Source: an uncultured Candidatus Peribacteria bacterium
GTDB taxonomy: Bacteria > Patescibacteriota > Gracilibacteria > Peribacterales > Peribacteraceae
Direction: 5' to 3'
Length of the DNA: 45,981 nt
Assembly: GCA_964515645.1 (NCBI GenBank)
Contig: CAZEVM010000005.1
Location: forward strand, 1-45,981
Shown here: positions 33,911 to 41,782 of the stretch, piece by piece
Numbering within the stretch: position 1 is the stretch's first letter
Layout: each line of letters starts with the position of its first letter
Notes under the pieces: generated by a model
Databases searched by the model: none
The model's input: the letters and a program-made list of their open reading frames with translations, nothing else
What the model was told of the DNA's origin: nothing
Program-made: the position numbers and the translations under genes

Positions 33911-34658
33911 TAAGTGGCACAACATCCGGGTGAAGAAGACCGCCGAGGACGCGAAGCGCGGCAAGGTCTACACGCGTCACGCCAAGCTCATCGAAATGGC
34001 GGCGCGCAGCGGCGGCGACCCGGATATGAACCCGGGCCTTCGTACGGCCATCGACAGCGCGAAGGCGGATAACGTTCCCAATGCCAACATTGACCGCGCC
34101 ATCCAGAAGGGCACAGGCGCGCTCAAGGGCGCAGCCGCCATCGAGGAGGTGACCTACGCGGCCTACGGTCCGGGCGGCGTGGCCTGCCTAGTGGAGTGCC
34201 TGACCGACAACAAGAACCGCACGCTCAGTAACCTTAAGCTCGCCATCAGCAAGGGCGGCGGCACCTGGGCCGAGAGCAACGCCGTGGCCTGGATGTTCGA
34301 ACGAAAGGGCTTCGTGACCGCCGAGAAAGCCGGTCTCTCCCCCGCAGCTCTGGAAGAGATGGAACTGGAACTCATCGACTTCGGCGCCGAGGACCTCGAC
34401 CTGCAGGGCGAGGTGCTCACCGTCACCACCGGCCTCTCCGACTGGCCGGCCATCCGCGACTTCCTGACCAAGAACGGCTTCACCGTCTCGGGCTCGGGCC
34501 TGCGCCTCGTGCCGAACCAGCGCCAGGCCGTAGCAGATGCCGAGGGCGCCAAGAAGCTCGCCGCCTTCATCGAGGCCGTGGAGGCCGACGACGACGTCTC
34601 GGAGGTGTTCCACAACGCCGAGTTCTCGGAGGAGGCAGTGAGAGGATTGGAGGCATAA
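33897..34658 (+). CDS. yebC: YebC/PmpR family transcriptional/translation-associated regulator
   Basis: [37 protein letters not shown]...; 253 aa of typical YebC sequence throughout. Confidence 0.92.
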   Translation: [253 protein letters not shown]

Positions 34659-34685
34659 AAAAACCGCACCCCCATGGGGGTGCGG
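34657..34685. terminator. bidirectional hairpin, with a T7 run on the minus strand
   Basis: AAAAAAA-CCGCACCCCC-AT-GGGGGTGCGG between yebC and the convergent low-GC gene. Confidence 0.75.
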
Positions 34686-34704
34686 CCTTCGGAACAGAAG
34701 AGGT

Positions 34705-35217
34705 TTATGAGGAGAGCATGACATATCTGAGCCAATGCCTGACGTAGAGATCAACATCTATTTCCTGTTGAAGCAAATCCCCTTTATGAGATGAGAAAGG
34801 CTCCGGCTCACGACCGATTTCCTTGGTGAGCTTCTTCATTAAGCGATACACATATGTCACGCCAGCCCGACAAAGACACCGGCGCAGTGGACTTGGCTTT
34901 TCCCAGAGCATGTCTGTCAGCGCAGAACCTGCCTCATCCGCTAATATGTCGCGATCTTCCTTGTTCGAGATGTTCCGTAGAAAATCAATGAACCCACTGA
35001 ATGTAGGAGTCGGTCCGACGACACGTATTGCCATGCGCAACACACGGATGATTTTTTTAAGATCCCTCTCGACTCCTCGCTTGATTTGAGGCGGAGGAGT
35101 AGACGACTGCTTCATAGAGACATAAGACTGCAGCACTTCTTCCAAATTAAGAGGGGGAACAGTGCTACGAATCTTCGGCCACAGAGACTCCATATATCGG
35201 AATTCGTGATTCGCCAT
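34705..35217 (-). CDS. hypothetical protein (170 aa) in the low-GC islet
   Basis: The ORF has an AGGAAG ribosome-binding site 7 nt before the ATG, an AT-rich promoter region upstream and a terminator downstream. It is markedly AT-richer than its neighbours. I recognise no family. Confidence 0.65.
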   Translation of the reverse strand: MANHEFRYMESLWPKIRSTVPPLNLEEVLQSYVSMKQSSTPPPQIKRGVERDLKKIIRVLRMAIRVVGPTPTFSGFIDFLRNISNKEDRDILADEAGSALTDMLWEKPSPLRRCLCRAGVTYVYRLMKKLTKEIGREPEPFSSHKGDLLQQEIDVDLYVRHWLRYVMLSS

Positions 35218-35261
35218 TTCGGCACTTCCTACTGTTTACAGTTCTGTGAAAAAACACTGAA

Positions 35262-35294
35262 TAAAATATTTATCACATAATTATTAATTGTCAA
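35262..35294 (-). promoter_or_regulatory. AT-rich promoter region with a perfect TTGACA (-35) for the 34705-35217 gene
   Basis: On the minus strand the sequence reads TTGACAATTAATAATTATGTGATAAATATTTT. The -35 lies at 35294-35289, and the exact -10 choice is ambiguous (TAAATA or AAATAT). Confidence 0.4.
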
Positions 35295-35309
35295 TAACAC
35301 CTAAATCAA

Positions 35310-35349
35310 TCACTCCCCCTCCGGCAGGTTGATATCCGGCACGCTCGAG
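35310..35349 (-). repeat. direct-repeat copy A: orphan duplicate of the last 12 codons plus stop of the PBP gene
   Basis: 37 of 40 positions are identical to 36002-36041. In the PBP frame it still reads SSVPDINLPEGE-stop (gat/gac, aac/aat and tga/taa are the only changes). Confidence 0.85.
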
Positions 35350-35365
35350 TTTTCCGGAAGTACAA

Positions 35366-35390
35366 TAAAAAGCCACGCTGGGGCGTGGCT
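35366..35390 (-). terminator. rho-independent terminator of the 35473-35910 gene
   Basis: The minus strand reads AGCCACGC-CCCA-GCGTGGCT followed by TTTTTAT. Confidence 0.75.
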
Positions 35391-35472
35391 GATGGTCGGA
35401 GTGGCGAGCAGCCACTCAGGCTGACTTTTTTAATGAGAAGAGCAAACAATGTCATACGATGATGCGGCCCCA

Positions 35473-35910
35473 CTACATTTGCTGTAGCCAATGTCGCACA
35501 AATCTAGCTAAAGCCAATGATGCAGGCTCATGTACCTCCCGCCATTGCACTACAGCCTGCAGGATGCGTGTGCAGGAGATCAGGCTGCACGCATGAAAGA
35601 TTGTATTGGCCACCATGTGTGAGAACGCAAGCTCTAAATACACCCTTTCCGTACTGTCGGCAGGCAGGGCAGCAATTTCTGTAAAAACACGGCGATACGG
35701 AACAAGGTTGCCGAGACGTTGGGCCAGAGCGGTCTCAAGACTGAGATGAGCCAATGTGCCCGGGTAGATCATTTCTGGCCTTCCTTCCCCGGCCGGAACT
35801 ACCAACTGCAGTTGGCACGCTTCAGCAAAACTAAATACCCAGCGTTCTTCATACAGAGCTGTTTTAAATTCCTCCAAAAAACCCAACGCCTGTTCCTGCA
35901 AAATATTCAT
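35473..35910 (-). CDS. hypothetical protein (145 aa) in the low-GC cassette
   Basis: It has a consensus promoter, a GGGAGA ribosome-binding site 6 nt before the ATG, and its own terminator. The protein looks helical. I recognise no family. Confidence 0.65.
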   Translation of the reverse strand: MNILQEQALGFLEEFKTALYEERWVFSFAEACQLQLVVPAGEGRPEMIYPGTLAHLSLETALAQRLGNLVPYRRVFTEIAALPADSTERVYLELAFSHMVANTIFHACSLISCTRILQAVVQWREVHEPASLALARFVRHWLQQM

Positions 35911-35951
35911 GAAACTTCTCCCTGTAATATAAAGAGCGGGCGAATAATCGT

Positions 35952-35980
35952 ATTATAAAATATTATTATTATTTTATCAA
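35952..35980 (-). promoter_or_regulatory. near-consensus sigma-70 promoter TTGATA-N17-TATAAT
   Basis: On the minus strand, TTGATA lies at 35980-35975, followed by an exact 17-nt A/T spacer and TATAAT at 35957-35952. Confidence 0.7.
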
Positions 35981-36001
35981 ATAATCGCAAAATGCTCGCT
36001 T

Positions 36002-36041
36002 TTACTCCCCCTCCGGCAGATTGATGTCCGGCACGCTCGAG
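36002..36041 (-). repeat. direct-repeat copy B: the functional 3' end of the PBP gene
   Basis: See copy A. The two copies are offset by exactly 692 bp. Confidence 0.85.
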
Positions 36042-39000
36042 GTGCTCGGTGGGATGATCATGATGCTGATCACATCCTCCGAGAGGTTGCCCGCGCTGTC
36101 CTCAGCCGTCACGCGAAGGCGGCGACGACCGGAGTAGTCGGCCAAAGGAATGATCGCCTCGTACGGCTCGCGCGGACGCGAAGTGATGAGCTGCTGGTCA
36201 ACGTAGAACTTCACGCTCTTGAGGGCACCTTCGCTCTCGCTCGCTTCGGCCGTGACGGTCAGCGTGTCAGTAGTCATAAAGACGGCCTCGGGCTCTGGTG
36301 ACGTAATACGCACCATCGGCGCGCCACTATCCTCACCAAAGCGGATGGTCACCTCGTCAGTGGCCTCGTTGTAGAACCGATCAAGAATGCGCACCTTCAG
36401 CTTGTGCTCGCCGGTCAGCGACATCGACTTGGGCACGCGCACCGTGTAGGTGAAGGGCGGGTTCAGCTCATCCATCACCGGCTTATCGTCGATCGTGGCG
36501 TGCACCTCGCGCACTGAAGAACCCGTTGTAATATCGAGCTTCATGCGGAAGGTCGGCGCCGTGGCGAGCTGCATGCCACCAGGCGAGAGGATGTTGACCG
36601 TGGGCTTGTCCAAGCGGCCAGGCGTCTTACTGGCATCGCATGACTCGGTGGGCACGAGCGGCAACACTGCACCGGAGCTAGTGGCCCACTCAGCCACGCC
36701 CTGCACCCACTGCGGAAATCGGTCGGACAAGACCGACTGCGGCACCAGGTAGCTGCCCGACTGGGCCGCCTCAGGCGGACAGAGTGACGAAGCGAGGGTA
36801 TTAGTCACGCGGTCGACCATCACCGAGACGCAGCCCGGATCGATCTCAGTCGGGGCGCGTTCAGCCAAGAAGAGCTCAGGCCTGCGCAAATCGAGCGGCG
36901 TGCAGTCGCTCGGCAGCTGGCCGGAGAGGCCGGAGGCCAGCACCGTCACGAGGCCCTCAGGCTGCGTGAAGGTGGCCGGACCTTCCACCTTGGCGTTGGC
37001 CGAGGAGAGGAACTGCTGCCAGATCGGCGCAGCCACGTTGAGACCGTCGGCGCTGGGCGAGAGGGCGGTGTAGTCAGCATTGCCCACCCACACGCCGGCC
37101 ACAAGCTTGGGCGTGTAGCCGATCGTCCAAACATTGCCCGGACGACGCTCCTGGCAGTTGCCGTCGTCGTCGGCCTTGAGACACTGGTTACTAGTGCCGG
37201 TCTTGGCAGCAGCGGGCGAACCGGCCACGGAGAGCGCGGCCTTCCAGAAGTCCGTCGGACGGGCACCCTCATCGCTCAAGATGGAGGTGACCTGGTAGGC
37301 AATACGCGGATCGAGCACCTGTTCACCCTCCTGTGCCTCCGTCTGACAGATGGGGCACGGCAGAATGTTCCCATTACGATCGGTGATGCGGCGGATCGAG
37401 ACGAGCGGGCGGTACTGGCCGGCGTCGGCGATGGAGGCGAATGCCTGCGTCATTTCCGTCAGCGGCACCTCAGCCGCGCCAATGGCCAGGGCCGGACCGT
37501 AGCCCTTCTCCGGCTTCTTCTCGCGTGCCGTGGGCGCGCCCAAGCTAGCGGCCAAGGCCAGGATGGGATCCTCTTCGCCGGCTAGATAGTAGGCCTTGAT
37601 GGCAGGGATGTTGCGTGACGAACCAAGTGCCTGACGGGCGGTCATCACGCCCCAAAAGCCGCCGTCGAAGTTCTGCGGACGGTAGGCGCCGAGCGTGATT
37701 GGGAGGTCATGCAAGACCGTGCCCGGGCCGTAACCGGCGCGGAAGGCGGCGGCATAGACGATGGGCTTAAAGCTGGAACCCGGCTGCAGGGCGGCGCGGG
37801 CCATATCCACCTTGCCGTCGTGCTCGTCGTCGTTGTAGTCGGCGTTGCCCACGTAGGCCATCACCTCGCGCGTGTAGGGGTTGAGAGCGACTAAGGCAGC
37901 ATTATGGGCGCCGTAGAGCTTCACGTTGGTCTCGGTGCGGTCGGCCACTGCCTCCTCAGCAAGCTGCTGCAGATTCCAATCAAGCGTCGTTTCCACTGTC
38001 AGGCCGCCTTCGGCAATGAGGCGCTCTTCATCGGAGCCAGCAAGCATCTGCTCCACCTGCTGCCTCACCCAGAGCACAAAGTGTGGGGCACGAATATCTT
38101 CGCGAGTGGACTCGAACTTCAGCGTGGCAAACTCCTCCTGCGCCGCGCGCATCTCGGACTCCTTGATGAAGCCGAGATCAACCATGTTCTGCAACACCTG
38201 ATCAGCACGGCCGCCGATGTAGACTAGGCGTGAGCCGGTGCCGACCTTCTGGCCGAGCAGACCGATGGTAATCTCATCATCGGGAATATCGTCGGAGTCG
38301 GTAATGACGCCCGAGGCAATGTCCGCCAACACACTCTCGGAGACCGTGGTGTAACGATGCTTACCAAACGGTGCGAAGTACGACGGGCGCTGTGGCAGCG
38401 AGGCCAGCGTCACCGACTGGGCCAAGGTGAGACCCGAGGCCGACTGACCAAAGAACCGATGGCTGGCCTGCTCGATGCCGTACGCGTTGGCGCCGAACGG
38501 AATCCAGTTGAGATAAAGCTCGAGCACCTTGTCTTTGCCGTACTTCCATTCGAGCTCGCAGCCGAGGAAGAGCTCCTTCAGCTTGCGACTAACAATGTTC
38601 TCGTTCTGCAGGTCCAGAGCGTTGCGAGCCAGCTGGCGAGTAATCGTGGACGCACCGCCACGGGAACCGAAGGTGAGCACCACGCGGCCAAGGGCGCGGA
38701 TGTCGAGACAGCCGCGAGTAGCGAAGCGTTGGTCCTCGATGGCAATGATGGCCTGTTTCATCGAGTCCGGAATCGTGTCAGCCGGAATGTAGGTGCGATC
38801 CTCCTCGCTGAAGAGACGATAGAGCTCGGTGCCGTTGCGATCGGTGATGACAGTGCTCTGCGCGGCAAAGAGCGTCTTCGTCACGTCGGGCAGAGTGACC
38901 CAGAGGAACAAGAAATAGAGCACGCCGAGGCCGACCGCGCCGCCGCACACCTTCCAGGGATGCTTGCGCACCCACATGTAGGCCTCCAAGGCATGCGCCT

Positions 39001-39085
39001 TGAGCGATTCGACGTCCATCTTCTGCCGCCGCTGATGACGGCGGGGAGGAGGACTCGACAGTGTTGAATGGGTGAATCCAGCCAC
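36002..39085 (-). CDS. class A penicillin-binding protein (GT51 transglycosylase + transpeptidase) with a long Ig-like C-terminal extension
   Basis: GT51 motifs are AIEDQRF and GASTITRQLARN. Transpeptidase motifs are SSFKP (SxxK), SRN and KTGTS. It has one N-terminal TM helix. The start is ambiguous: GTG 39085 (9 nt after TGcTACACT), ATG 39019, or the track's TTG 39091. Confidence 0.9.
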   Translation of the reverse strand: MAGFTHSTLSSPPPRRHQRRQKMDVESLKAHALEAYMWVRKHPWKVCGGAVGLGVLYFLFLWVTLPDVTKTLFAAQSTVITDRNGTELYRLFSEEDRTYIPADTIPDSMKQAIIAIEDQRFATRGCLDIRALGRVVLTFGSRGGASTITRQLARNALDLQNENIVSRKLKELFLGCELEWKYGKDKVLELYLNWIPFGANAYGIEQASHRFFGQSASGLTLAQSVTLASLPQRPSYFAPFGKHRYTTVSESVLADIASGVITDSDDIPDDEITIGLLGQKVGTGSRLVYIGGRADQVLQNMVDLGFIKESEMRAAQEEFATLKFESTREDIRAPHFVLWVRQQVEQMLAGSDEERLIAEGGLTVETTLDWNLQQLAEEAVADRTETNVKLYGAHNAALVALNPYTREVMAYVGNADYNDDEHDGKVDMARAALQPGSSFKPIVYAAAFRAGYGPGTVLHDLPITLGAYRPQNFDGGFWGVMTARQALGSSRNIPAIKAYYLAGEEDPILALAASLGAPTAREKKPEKGYGPALAIGAAEVPLTEMTQAFASIADAGQYRPLVSIRRITDRNGNILPCPICQTEAQEGEQVLDPRIAYQVTSILSDEGARPTDFWKAALSVAGSPAAAKTGTSNQCLKADDDGNCQERRPGNVWTIGYTPKLVAGVWVGNADYTALSPSADGLNVAAPIWQQFLSSANAKVEGPATFTQPEGLVTVLASGLSGQLPSDCTPLDLRRPELFLAERAPTEIDPGCVSVMVDRVTNTLASSLCPPEAAQSGSYLVPQSVLSDRFPQWVQGVAEWATSSGAVLPLVPTESCDASKTPGRLDKPTVNILSPGGMQLATAPTFRMKLDITTGSSVREVHATIDDKPVMDELNPPFTYTVRVPKSMSLTGEHKLKVRILDRFYNEATDEVTIRFGEDSGAPMVRITSPEPEAVFMTTDTLTVTAEASESEGALKSVKFYVDQQLITSRPREPYEAIIPLADYSGRRRLRVTAEDSAGNLSEDVISIMIIPPSTSSVPDINLPEGE

Positions 39086-39115
39086 GGGCAATGGAGTGTA
39101 GCACCGATCCTCGGC

Positions 39116-39745
39116 TCAGTCCGGCTTTATCCGCACGGATTCTCCGCCTAATTTTTCGAGCCGATCGACGGCTTCCAAGCATTCGGCCGCGCGTGGGTTT
39201 TGAGGATCAAGCTGCTGCACACGGGTAAAAAGTGCTTTGGACTTGGCGAAATTACGAAGCTCTAGATAGAGCACACCCAAGTCGCAGAGGACGAAGGTAT
39301 TGTCGGGATCGAGGTTGAGTGCACGCTCCATGGTGACAACGCCCTGTGGCTTCTGGCCGCCGCGGAAGAGCGCCCAGCCCAGGCGACGCAGGATATCGGG
39401 ATCGTTGCCGCGCAGCTTGTTGGCGCGCTGTAACAGATCGATCGCCTCGGGCCAGATCTCTTTCTCCACCCGGATCTGCCCCAATGTGGAGAGTCCGCTC
39501 GCACTCGTCGGATCCAACTCCACCGCCTGGGCGGCGGCTACTTCGGCGCGGTCATACCGCTCTAATTCCAACTCGTGCTCCGCCACCTGCTCCAGCGCAG
39601 CCACGTGGGCCGGGTCCTCGATGAGGATCTGCTCCAACAGGAGAAGGGCATCGTCGAAACGCCCCTCTTCCGCCGCATCGGCGGCGGCCTGGATACGCTC
39701 CTCGATCGAAGCGTCCGCTGGCGGCTGAGGAGTTCCGTCGGTCAT
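39116..39745 (-). CDS. tetratricopeptide-repeat protein
   Basis: It contains several 34-aa A/L/Y-patterned repeats (e.g. ALLLLEQILIEDPAHVAALEQVAEHELE and WPEAIDLLQRANKLRGNDPDILRRLGWALF). Confidence 0.8.
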   Translation of the reverse strand: MTDGTPQPPADASIEERIQAAADAAEEGRFDDALLLLEQILIEDPAHVAALEQVAEHELELERYDRAEVAAAQAVELDPTSASGLSTLGQIRVEKEIWPEAIDLLQRANKLRGNDPDILRRLGWALFRGGQKPQGVVTMERALNLDPDNTFVLCDLGVLYLELRNFAKSKALFTRVQQLDPQNPRAAECLEAVDRLEKLGGESVRIKPD

Positions 39746-39751
39746 GGGTGA

Positions 39752-40081
39752 TTACGTGGTGTAGAGGATGTAGAACACCATCTGCAGAATGCCTGCTGAA
39801 CCTAATACCACAGCCAGGCCGATGAGCGAATACAGAACCAAGTCTTTTCCACGGCTCTTGAGCGGGTCCTCACCACGCGACGCGACGATGAAAAGCGCGC
39901 CCAAAATGACCAGTGCGGCACAGACGATACCAATCGAGCGAGCCAGGAAGGTCACAACATTCTCGCCAATCTCTAAAATAGACTGGCGCGTGCCGAGTTC
40001 CACCGTGAGCGTGCGCTGAGCGGCGGCGATCGCAGGGACGAACGCGAGGAGAGAGGCGGGGAGGACGCGGCGGAATCGCAT
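39752..40081 (-). CDS. small two-helix membrane protein resembling TrbC/VirB2-type (T4SS pilin-like) proteins
   Basis: It has a signal-like N-terminus (MRFRRVLPASLLAFVPAIAAAQ) and two hydrophobic helices separated by SRGEDPLKSRGKD. This topology is typical of VirB2-like mini-pilins common in CPR genomes. ATG 40081 lies 6 nt after TGgTATATT. Confidence 0.5.
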   Translation of the reverse strand: MRFRRVLPASLLAFVPAIAAAQRTLTVELGTRQSILEIGENVVTFLARSIGIVCAALVILGALFIVASRGEDPLKSRGKDLVLYSLIGLAVVLGSAGILQMVFYILYTT

Positions 40082-40149
40082 GGACCCAATATACCAGTTG
40101 GTGGCCAATCGCGCTGCAGGAGGGTGCTGGCGGGTATAGAATCGTCGCC

Positions 40150-41121
40150 ATGAGCGACCGCGTTTCCTCCTCTCTGCAATTCCAACGCGGCGTCCACCGG
40201 GGACTCCGCACGCTCGCCCGCGAAGGACGCATCTTCAGCAGTCTCCTCACCGTGGCGGCACTTCTCCTGCTGTTGGGATTGCTATTGCTCACCTTCCTCG
40301 GCATTCAGATGGGCAGCGATGTGCTGCGCTCCAACTCAACGCTGCGCCTGGAAATTCAACGCACGGCCAGCACCGAACAGACCCAAGATCTGTATCGCGC
40401 CCTGGAGGATGTGCCTGGCGTAACCCAGACCGAACTCACGACCAAGGACCAGGCCTACCAAGCTGTTCGTGAGCGCGATCCGTCGGTGGTCTCATTCATC
40501 GACGCCTTCGGCCTGCAAAACCCCTTCCCTGACACGATTACCGTCACGCTCTCTTCCGTGGACGTCTACGCCGACCTACTCACCTTCCTGCAACAGCCGC
40601 GCTGGCAGGGCATCGTCGCCCCAGAATTTCTCGACCGCGCCGCCAGCCAAGAAGAGCAACTAACCGAAGTGCTGCGCGTCACCGAAACAGGCAGCCAGGC
40701 TACCACCGTCATCCTCACCGTCACCGCCGCCACGCTGCTCCTGGCGCTCATCTCGCTCCTTCATCGCCGCATCCTCCAGCGCAACGCCGACACGCAGACG
40801 CAACTACTGCTGGGCGCCGGCCCCAGCGATCTCTTCGTGCCGCTCTGGACCGAGACCACCATCCTCCTGCTCGGCGGCCTACTCTTGGCCGCAACCGCCT
40901 TAGCTGGCCTATCCTTCGCCCTACCCTCGCTCCTGCCGAGCGCCGGCCAGAGCGCCTTCATGCTGTCGGTGAGTGAGTCGCTCCTCCCTGCCCTGCTCAA
41001 CCTCGGCCCGATCGCACTCGGCATCGCCGTAGGCATTACGCCGGTGGTGGCGGCCTTCGCCACACTGCTTGGCCTCACCAGTCAGTCGAAGTTCGGTTTC
41101 TTGCATCGCTCACACGCCTGA
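40150..41121 (+). CDS. ftsX: FtsX-like permease (cell-division ABC transporter permease family)
   Basis: An N-terminal TM helix is followed by an extracytoplasmic alpha/beta domain (EDVPGVTQTELTTKDQAYQAVRERDP...QNPFPDTITVTL) and three C-terminal TM helices. No ftsE gene is adjacent. Confidence 0.7.
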   Translation: MSDRVSSSLQFQRGVHRGLRTLAREGRIFSSLLTVAALLLLLGLLLLTFLGIQMGSDVLRSNSTLRLEIQRTASTEQTQDLYRALEDVPGVTQTELTTKDQAYQAVRERDPSVVSFIDAFGLQNPFPDTITVTLSSVDVYADLLTFLQQPRWQGIVAPEFLDRAASQEEQLTEVLRVTETGSQATTVILTVTAATLLLALISLLHRRILQRNADTQTQLLLGAGPSDLFVPLWTETTILLLGGLLLAATALAGLSFALPSLLPSAGQSAFMLSVSESLLPALLNLGPIALGIAVGITPVVAAFATLLGLTSQSKFGFLHRSHA

Positions 41122-41122
41122 G

Positions 41123-41782
41123 ATGGGCAAGACATTTTCCGATGAGGCCCTGGTCCTGCGCGCCTTCGATCTGGGCGAAGCCGACCGGCTCTATGTGCTG
41201 CTCACGGCCCACCACGGGCGCATCGCCATGCGTGCCGGCGGCGCCCGCAAGCCGCTCTCGAGGCTTGGCGGCCACTTGGCCGCGCTCTCGCACGTGCGTA
41301 TCCAGTGCACAGAGACGATCGGCGGCTTCCGTCTGACCTCAGCCCTTTCTGAACCCATGCCGCCCGTGCGCCCCACTGCTGACGAGCTCTGCGCCGCCAG
41401 CGAGATGGTGGAACTTCTGCTGCGATTAACAGAGGAACAGACTCCCCTCCCTGGACTCTTCGAGCTCTTCAAACAGTACATCGAAGGCGGCGAATGGCAG
41501 GCCCGCCAGCCGCTCTACGCCGCGCGCCTGCTCCACCTGCTTGGACACCTACCAGTGGAACCCGGGGCACCCGAGCTGCAGGGCATGTCGCTCGAGAGCC
41601 AGTCACTCCTCTTTGAGAGCTTGGCCGAAAGCGACGTTCAAGCAGCGGCTCCCGCTTCCACCACACGCGAAATCGGCGCTCTGCTCCAACGCGTCATCGA
41701 ACCGCTCTTGGCTCGTCCGCTCAAGGCTCAGGAAGTCCGCCTCTCAATCGCCGCCGAACCACGTCGGCACTTCAACGTCTAA
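41123..41782 (+). CDS. recO: DNA repair protein RecO
   Basis: It has an OB-fold N-terminus (DEALVLRAFDLGEADRLYVLLTAHHGRIAMRAGGARK) and a helical C-terminus. The start lies 1 nt after the ftsX stop. Confidence 0.7.
   Translation: MGKTFSDEALVLRAFDLGEADRLYVLLTAHHGRIAMRAGGARKPLSRLGGHLAALSHVRIQCTETIGGFRLTSALSEPMPPVRPTADELCAASEMVELLLRLTEEQTPLPGLFELFKQYIEGGEWQARQPLYAARLLHLLGHLPVEPGAPELQGMSLESQSLLFESLAESDVQAAAPASTTREIGALLQRVIEPLLARPLKAQEVRLSIAAEPRRHFNV

Noticed and set aside
33842-33920. Translational bypass (T4 gene 60-like hop) between the two TGG CAC sites of yebC.
   Set aside because: No stop codon follows the putative take-off codon and there is no convincing take-off hairpin. Duplication with reinitiation is the simpler explanation.
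35306-35491. 61-aa minus-strand ORF covering repeat copy A and the terminator.
   Set aside because: It spans a terminator hairpin and the duplicated PBP 3' end in the wrong frame. It has no start context and an Arg/Cys-rich product.
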